DNA from: Nitrospirota bacterium
Lineage (GTDB): Bacteria > Nitrospirota > Nitrospiria > JACQBZ01
Direction of reading: 5' to 3'
Assembly: GCA_016194285.1 (NCBI GenBank)
Contig: JACQBZ010000028.1
Span: 25,320 to 89,319 of the forward strand
DNA length: 64,000 bases
A program made the position numbers and the translations under genes. The notes below the pieces were generated by a model, which saw nothing but the letters and a program-made list of their open reading frames with translations, was not told the origin of the DNA and ran no database searches. Position 1 is the stretch's first letter; each line of letters starts with the position of its first letter. This document shows positions 58,168-64,000 of this stretch, piece after piece.

Positions 58168-59886
58168 ATGACGATCCCTCTTCGTGTTTTGATCGTCGAA
58201 GATTCGGTGGACGATACAGATCTGCTGCTTCGGGAATTGCGGCTCGGCGGTTACGAGCCGACCCATGAGCGCGTCGAGACACCCGAAGCCATGAACGCGG
58301 CACTGGACCAACAAATGTGGGATATCGTCTTCGGAGATTACTCCATGCCGCACTTCAACGGCATGGCGGCCTTGAAGTTATTGAGGGAGAGAGGGCTCGA
58401 TCTGCCCTTTATTTTTATATCGGGGACGATTGGTGAAGATACCGCGGTGGCTTCGATGAAGGCCGGCGCAAACGACTACGTGATCAAAGGCAACCTGAAG
58501 CGCCTCCTTCCGGCGGTCGACCGTGAACTGAAGGAAGCCGCGGTGCGGCGCGAGCACCGGCAGGCCGAAGAAACGATCCGGTACCTGGCCTATTACGATC
58601 CCCTCACCGGCCTTCCCAATCGGACTTCGCTCCTAGACCGGCTGCACCTTGCGATTACGGAAGGGTCGGGCCAAAAAAAATCCGTCGCTCTTCTATTAAT
58701 GGATTTGGACCACTTCAAGGAGGTCAATGATACGCTAGGGCATCATCGCGGCGATATTCTGTTGCAGCAGGTCGGATCGCGACTGCGGGCCGTGTTGAGG
58801 CCATCCGATCTCGTCGCGCGTCTGGGGGGGGATGAGTTTGCGGTGTTGCTGCCGTTGGCGTCATCCCAGCATGCGGCCCAAGTGGCCCAGAAGATCCTGG
58901 AGGCGTTGGAGCCGCCCTTTATGATTGACGGGTTGCCCGTTGCGGTTGAAGCCGGTGTCGGTATTGCAGTCTGTCCCGATCACGGAACGAATCCGAACAG
59001 CCTGATGCAGCGGGCCGATGTGGCGATGTACGCGGCGAAGCAGACCGGCAGCGGCTACATCGTTTATGATACCCACTATGACCGGCACAGTCCCCGCCGA
59101 CTGTCGCTGATCGGAGAATTGCGCCAGGCCATCGAGCGGGACCAGCTTTTTCTACACTTCCAGCCGAAGATCGACCTGAAAACCCGTCGGGTCATCGGGG
59201 TCGAGGCGTTGGTGCGATGGCGGCATCCCGAGCATGGGTTCGTCCCGCCGGATCAATTCATCGAGCCGGCGGAGCAGACCGGGCTGATCAAGCCGCTGAC
59301 GCTGTGGATCTTCAATGCGGCGCGGCGGGAAGGGTTGATGTGGCAGCAGGCCGGGATCCACCTTTCAATGTCGGTGAACCTATCGGCTCGGAACCTTCAT
59401 GATCCGCACTTTCCGGACCAGATCTCCGAGATCCTTCAAACCACGGGCGGGAAGCCGGATGAGCTGGAACTGGAGATTACCGAGAGCGCGATCATGAATG
59501 ATCCGGCCCGTGCGTTGGAAGCGATCACGCGGCTCCGGGCGATGGGTATCCGGTTTGCGATCGACGATTTCGGAATCGGCTATTCCTCGCTGGCCTATCT
59601 TAAACGATTGCCGGTGGACGCGATCAAAATCGACAAGTCGTTCGTGATCAACATGATCGAAAATCAAAACGATGCCGTGATCGTTCGTTCCACGATCGAC
59701 CTGGCCCACAATCTGGGCCTTAAGGTGATCGCGGAGGGCGTGGAGAAACAGGATATCTGGGATCGGCTGTCGGCCCTGGGCTGTGATGCCGCACAGGGCT
59801 ATTACATGAGCCGCCCGATGCCGGCCGAGGAACTCACCCGCTGGTTGTCCGACTCGCCGTATGGTTTGAATTGCCGTGCCGTATGA
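58168..59886 (+). CDS. Response regulator with REC-GGDEF-EAL domains (c-di-GMP turnover), paralog 1
   Basis: N-terminal REC (VLIVEDS.DD), an intact GGDEF motif (RLGGDEFAV) and an intact EAL motif (EALVRW). Confidence 0.9.
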   Translation: MTIPLRVLIVEDSVDDTDLLLRELRLGGYEPTHERVETPEAMNAALDQQMWDIVFGDYSMPHFNGMAALKLLRERGLDLPFIFISGTIGEDTAVASMKAGANDYVIKGNLKRLLPAVDRELKEAAVRREHRQAEETIRYLAYYDPLTGLPNRTSLLDRLHLAITEGSGQKKSVALLLMDLDHFKEVNDTLGHHRGDILLQQVGSRLRAVLRPSDLVARLGGDEFAVLLPLASSQHAAQVAQKILEALEPPFMIDGLPVAVEAGVGIAVCPDHGTNPNSLMQRADVAMYAAKQTGSGYIVYDTHYDRHSPRRLSLIGELRQAIERDQLFLHFQPKIDLKTRRVIGVEALVRWRHPEHGFVPPDQFIEPAEQTGLIKPLTLWIFNAARREGLMWQQAGIHLSMSVNLSARNLHDPHFPDQISEILQTTGGKPDELELEITESAIMNDPARALEAITRLRAMGIRFAIDDFGIGYSSLAYLKRLPVDAIKIDKSFVINMIENQNDAVIVRSTIDLAHNLGLKVIAEGVEKQDIWDRLSALGCDAAQGYYMSRPMPAEELTRWLSDSPYGLNCRAV

Positions 59887-60245
59887 TCGGCCTAAAACTT
59901 GACTTTCATCATCCGAGGATATAATGCTACTCCATCGGTAAATACCTTCGGATCATCAAGCGAATTGTTCTCTTGCCGTTGGGGTTCGGCTTTATACGGA
60001 TTCAAACCGTTCTGTTGAAGGTCGGCGAATGCTTTTGGAGGGTTAAACCATGCCCCTTCAAGGTGATCCTCATCTCTTCATTCAGGTTCTCTTCGAGAAT
60101 TGCAAGCATCGTCGTCATCCTGAGCCGAAGTCATCGGCTGACGCTTTGGCATCCCGTATCATCCCAACCCCATATAAAAAAATGCTCAACGAGGTGGAAA
60201 CCATACGGGCTTCCTCATTCCGCTGTTGACTCGATGGGAACGGGT

Positions 60246-61310
60246 ATGGACCCGAAGAATGCACTTCGCTACGCATGGCAACCCTATGTCGTTGCCATAG
60301 CCCTTATCGCTGCGGCTGCCGCACTGCGGCTATGGCCACTGCAAGCTCTCGGAGTGCGCCTTGCCTGGCTGACGTTCTATCCGGCCGTAGTGGCCGCGGC
60401 TCTCTACGGGGGCTTTTCTGCTGGCTTGCTGGGGACATTTCTCAGCTGTCTCACCCTACTATATTTATTGCCAGCATTCGTTGACCAACCCTTCATCCGA
60501 GATTCCGTTGACTGGTTGGGCCTGGCGGTCTTCTTCATAACGTGCACGATGATCTCATCCGTCGCCGAGGCGATGCGTCGCGCCCAGGCACGAGCGAAGC
60601 AGGCCAAGGAGCAACTCAAAACCGCCAACCGCAAGTTGGAAGCGGCCAACAAAGAGTTGGAGGCCTTCAGCTATTCCGTCTCTCACGATCTGCGCGCGCC
60701 GCTCCGAAGCATTGATGGTTTCAGCCAGGCACTGCTGGAGGATTATTCCGAAAAGCTGGACGTGGAAGGGAAGGACCACCTTCAGCGCGTGCGCGCGGCC
60801 ACCCGGCGCATGGCCCAGCTCATTGACGACATGCTCAATCTCTCCCGCGTGACGCGCTCCGAGATGCAGCGCGAGAAAGTGGATCTGAGTACGCTGGCGC
60901 AAACGATCGCCGCGGAATTGAAAAAGACGCAGCCCGAACGTCACGTGACATTCGTCATTGCGCCCGGGCTGGTCGCGGAGGGGGATGCGCGGCTGCTTCG
61001 GGCCGTCCTGGAGAACCTGTTTTCCAACGCCTATAAGTTTACGCGAAAGCAGCCCCAGGCTAAAATCGAGTTCGGTCTGACACGGCAGGATGGACAACCG
61101 GTCTATTTCGTGCGCGACAACGGCGCCGGCTTAGACATGGCCTATGCGGACAAGCTGTTCGGGGTGTTTCAGAGGCTGCACGGGATTGCCGAGTTTGAAG
61201 GCACCGGAATCGGGCTCGCCACCGTTCAACGGATCATCCATCGCCACGGCGGGCGCATCTGGGCCGAGGGCGCGGTGGAAAAAGGAGCCACGATCTACTT
61301 CACCCTGTAA
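60246..61310 (+). CDS. Sensor histidine kinase (N-terminal 4-TM DUF4118-like domain, coiled coil, HisKA, HATPase_c)
   Basis: [17 protein letters not shown]-box and G-boxes (DNGAGLD; GTGIGLA). The start could be ATG 60234 or 60246; the sequence gggaacgggtATG also precedes the PAS gene at 63501. Confidence 0.85.
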   Translation: MDPKNALRYAWQPYVVAIALIAAAAALRLWPLQALGVRLAWLTFYPAVVAAALYGGFSAGLLGTFLSCLTLLYLLPAFVDQPFIRDSVDWLGLAVFFITCTMISSVAEAMRRAQARAKQAKEQLKTANRKLEAANKELEAFSYSVSHDLRAPLRSIDGFSQALLEDYSEKLDVEGKDHLQRVRAATRRMAQLIDDMLNLSRVTRSEMQREKVDLSTLAQTIAAELKKTQPERHVTFVIAPGLVAEGDARLLRAVLENLFSNAYKFTRKQPQAKIEFGLTRQDGQPVYFVRDNGAGLDMAYADKLFGVFQRLHGIAEFEGTGIGLATVQRIIHRHGGRIWAEGAVEKGATIYFTL

Positions 61311-61328
61311 CGGTAAAGGAGAAACGGG

Positions 61329-61775
61329 ATGGCCGAGAAAATCATTCTGCTGGTGGAAGACAATCCGGATGACGAGGCCTTGACCGTCCGCGCGCTCAAA
61401 AAACATCACATCACGAGCAAGATCGTCGTGGCCCGTGACGGCGCCGAGGCGTTGGACTATCTGTTCGGCGCCGGCGCCCATGCCGGCCGTGATACGAGCC
61501 GGATGCCCGTCTTGATCTTTCTGGATTTACAACTGCCGGGGATCAACGGCATCGAGGTCTTGAAGCGGATCCGAGGCAACCACCGGACGAAATTCATTCC
61601 GGTCGTGATCCTGACCGGCTCGGCGGAGGACCGGCACGTCGCCGAGAGCTATCGGGTCGGCGTCAACAGCTTCATTCAAAAGCCGGCCGAATTCAAGGCC
61701 TTTGCCGAGGCGGTCTGGCAAATCGGGCATTACTGGCTCATGATCAACCGGCCGGCCCCGGCGGCGGGGTCTTAA
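61329..61775 (+). CDS. Single-domain response regulator (CheY-like receiver)
   Basis: ILLVEDNPDD...IFLDLQLPG.NG receiver signature. Confidence 0.85.
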   Translation: MAEKIILLVEDNPDDEALTVRALKKHHITSKIVVARDGAEALDYLFGAGAHAGRDTSRMPVLIFLDLQLPGINGIEVLKRIRGNHRTKFIPVVILTGSAEDRHVAESYRVGVNSFIQKPAEFKAFAEAVWQIGHYWLMINRPAPAAGS

Positions 61776-63488
61776 ATGAGCATTCCAATTCGGGTTTTAA
61801 TCGTTGAGGATTCCGAAGACGACGCGATGCTTCTGGTCCAGGAACTCCGGCGGGAAGGCTATGACCCGACGTATGAGCGGGTGGATACGCCGGAAGCCAT
61901 GACGGCGGCGCTGGACCGGCAAACTTGGGAAATCGTTTTTTGTGACTACACCATGCCCCATTACAGCGGCACATCGGCGTTGAAGTTGCTGAGGGCGCGG
62001 GATCCGGATATTCCCTTTATCTTTGTCTCCGGCACGATCGGCGAGGATGCGGCAGTGGAGGCCATGAAGAACGGGGCAAACGACTACATCATGAAAGACA
62101 ATCTGAAACGTCTGATTCCGGCCATCAAGCGGGAATTGCGCGAAGCGGAGATGCGGCGGTCGCATGCGCTTGCGGAGGAGACGATTCAGCACATGGCCTT
62201 TTACGACACGCTGACCGGCCTTCCGAATCGTAACATGCTCTACGACCGCCTGCTCAACGCCATCCGGACCGGCGGTGATAAAGGCAGACCGATGGCGCTG
62301 CTGCTCATGGATCTGGACCATTTCAAGGAGATCAACGACACGCTGGGCCATCATCGCGGCGACGTCTTGTTGCAACAGGTCGGGTCGCGCCTGCAAGGGG
62401 CATTGAGGCCGACCGATATCGTCGCGCGTCTGGGCGGAGATGAATTCGCCGTGATGCTTCCGTTGTCCGGATCGGGCGACGCCGCGCTGGTTGCAAAGAA
62501 GATCCAAAAGGCGTTGGAGCTGCCCTTTATGATCGAGGGACTGCCCGTTGCGGTTGAATTCAGTATCGGGGTCGCGCTCTATCCCGATCACGGGGCGAAT
62601 CCGGACAGCCTGATGCAGCGGGCCGATGTCGCCATGTACGCGGCCAAGACGACCGGCGAGGGGTACCTCCTTTACGAAGCCCGACATGACCGGCACAGCC
62701 CTCGCCGACTCGCGCTGATAGGCGAGCTGCGGTGGGCCATCGAAAGAAGCCAGTTATTGTTACACTACCAGCCCAAGATCAGCCTCAAGACCGGCCGCGT
62801 AATCGGGATGGAGGCGCTGGTCCGGTGGCAGCACCCGGAGCACGGCTTCATCCCGCCCGATCAGTTCATCGAGCCGGCTGAACGGACGGGGCTGATTAAG
62901 CCGCTTACGCGGTGGGTGTTTGATACGGCACAGAAACAGTGTCTTACCTGGCACCGGGCCGGTTACGAGTTCACGACGTCAATCAACCTGTCGGCCCGAA
63001 ACCTGCACGATACGCAGCTTCCGGATGAACTCGCCGGGCTCCTTCGGGAATGCGGCGGGCGGCCGGACCGACTGCAACTGGAGATCACCGAGACCGCGAT
63101 CATGGCCGATCCGGCCCGCGCGCTGGAGGCGATCACTCGGTTGCGGGCCATCGGTATTCGATTCTCGATTGATGATTTCGGGACCGGCTATTCCTCCCTG
63201 GGCTATCTCAAAAAGCTGCCGGTGGACGAGATCAAGATCGACCGGTCGTTTGTGATCAACATGGCGAAAGACCCGAGCGATGTCATGATCGTGCGCTCGA
63301 CAATCGATCTCGCCCACAATCTGGGTCTGAAGGTCGTGGCCGAAGGGGTAGAGAATAAAGAGACCTACGATCGGTTGGGCAAGTTGGGCTGCGATGCCGC
63401 GCAGGGCTATTACATGGCCCGGCCGATGCCGGCCGAGAACCTTACCCGCTGGCTGGCCGAATCGCCGTGGGGGTTGAATTTAAGGTAA
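61776..63488 (+). CDS. Response regulator with REC-GGDEF-EAL domains, paralog 2
   Basis: Collinear with and highly similar to 58168..59886; GGDEFAV and EALVRW are intact. Confidence 0.9.
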   Translation: MSIPIRVLIVEDSEDDAMLLVQELRREGYDPTYERVDTPEAMTAALDRQTWEIVFCDYTMPHYSGTSALKLLRARDPDIPFIFVSGTIGEDAAVEAMKNGANDYIMKDNLKRLIPAIKRELREAEMRRSHALAEETIQHMAFYDTLTGLPNRNMLYDRLLNAIRTGGDKGRPMALLLMDLDHFKEINDTLGHHRGDVLLQQVGSRLQGALRPTDIVARLGGDEFAVMLPLSGSGDAALVAKKIQKALELPFMIEGLPVAVEFSIGVALYPDHGANPDSLMQRADVAMYAAKTTGEGYLLYEARHDRHSPRRLALIGELRWAIERSQLLLHYQPKISLKTGRVIGMEALVRWQHPEHGFIPPDQFIEPAERTGLIKPLTRWVFDTAQKQCLTWHRAGYEFTTSINLSARNLHDTQLPDELAGLLRECGGRPDRLQLEITETAIMADPARALEAITRLRAIGIRFSIDDFGTGYSSLGYLKKLPVDEIKIDRSFVINMAKDPSDVMIVRSTIDLAHNLGLKVVAEGVENKETYDRLGKLGCDAAQGYYMARPMPAENLTRWLAESPWGLNLR

Positions 63489-63500
63489 AGGGGAACGGGT

Positions 63501-64000
63501 ATGAAGCCGGTCACGACGTTTCTGCGGATTTTGGTTGTTGTGGCCGTTGCAGAAGTCCTGGTGACGGGGATCTTTTGGGCCCTCAACATCCCGCGGGGCA
63601 TGATCGCTGTGATGACCGATACGGTTCTGCTGACCGTGATTGGCGGCTCGCTCATCTATTTGTGGGTTGTTAAACCGGTCGGGCAAGAGCTTCGAGCCCG
63701 GGTGGAGGCGATCGACGCGGCCGGCGAGATGATCGTCATCACCGATCGAAATGGAGTGGTCGAATACGTCAATCCTGCCTTTGCCCGCACCACCGGCTAT
63801 ACCCCGGCTGAAATCATCGGCCGAAAACTGTCGCTGCTTAAATCCGGCAGCCACGATCAGGCCTTTTTTCGGTCTCTCTGGGAGACAATCTCGATACCGA
63901 GGGTATGGTCCGGCGAGATGATCAATCGTCGGAAGGATGGGACCCTGTATCCTGAGGAGCAGACCATTACACCGGTGACGGATGAGAAAGGGCGGGTCAT
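63501..64000 (+). CDS. PAS-domain membrane sensor protein (3' truncated by window end)
   Basis: ATG 63501 follows gggaacgggt. Two TM segments are followed by a PAS fold (VITDRNGVVEYVNPAFARTTGYTPAEIIGRK...). The frame is open to the window end. Confidence 0.7.
   Translation, partial: MKPVTTFLRILVVVAVAEVLVTGIFWALNIPRGMIAVMTDTVLLTVIGGSLIYLWVVKPVGQELRARVEAIDAAGEMIVITDRNGVVEYVNPAFARTTGYTPAEIIGRKLSLLKSGSHDQAFFRSLWETISIPRVWSGEMINRRKDGTLYPEEQTITPVTDEKGRV

Noticed and set aside
1-64000. CRISPR arrays, tRNA or rRNA genes, transposases or integrases
   Set aside because: No regularly spaced short direct repeats, no tRNA-like T-arm (GGTTCGAATCC) or rRNA segments, and no transposase-like ORFs were seen. 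The repeats present are irregularly dispersed REP-like or inverted-repeat elements.

Overview
This is a high-GC (~60%) chromosomal segment from a Gram-negative bacterium, mostly housekeeping genes. The Isc operon with iscX, IHF, PntAB, lipobox lipoproteins and high GC fit a Nitrospira-like or proteobacterial genome, but the taxon is not established. Gene content, left to right: a partial TSUP-like transporter, a Cys-less Rrf2 regulator, a CNNM/CorC transporter, pabC-like and pabB, a HEAT-repeat protein plus an HD-GYP phosphodiesterase, the complete iscR-iscS-iscU-iscA-hscB-hscA-fdx-iscX operon, a convergent dsrEFH/tusBCD-like triplet, class II ribonucleotide reductase nrdJ, a second HEAT-repeat protein, a B12-binding radical SAM enzyme, ubiE, uvrA, an aldolase/SDR fusion, two DAHP synthase paralogs, DedA, nadE, mgsA, yebC-ruvCAB, an aromatic amino-acid block (pheA, disrupted hisC, aroF-like, tyrA, aroA), cmk, plsC, rpsA, sppA, ihfB, aat and pntAA/pntA-2/pntB. 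The window ends in a c-di-GMP signalling cluster: two paralogous REC-GGDEF-EAL proteins, a histidine kinase, a single-domain REC and a PAS sensor. The most notable non-coding feature is a probable c-di-GMP-I (GEMM) riboswitch, with its own promoter and intrinsic terminator, upstream of an 849-aa domain-less lipoprotein. Other non-coding features are a ~60-bp REP-like palindromic repeat in three copies (two fused in-frame to gene 3' ends), a nested inverted-repeat element, a duplicated ~75-bp upstream element, a promoter+terminator-bounded sRNA/leader candidate, and a low-GC islet encoding an adhesin-E-like secreted protein. No rRNA, tRNA, CRISPR array or transposase was recognised. Coordinates I derived by hand from the sequence lines may be off by 1-2 nt.
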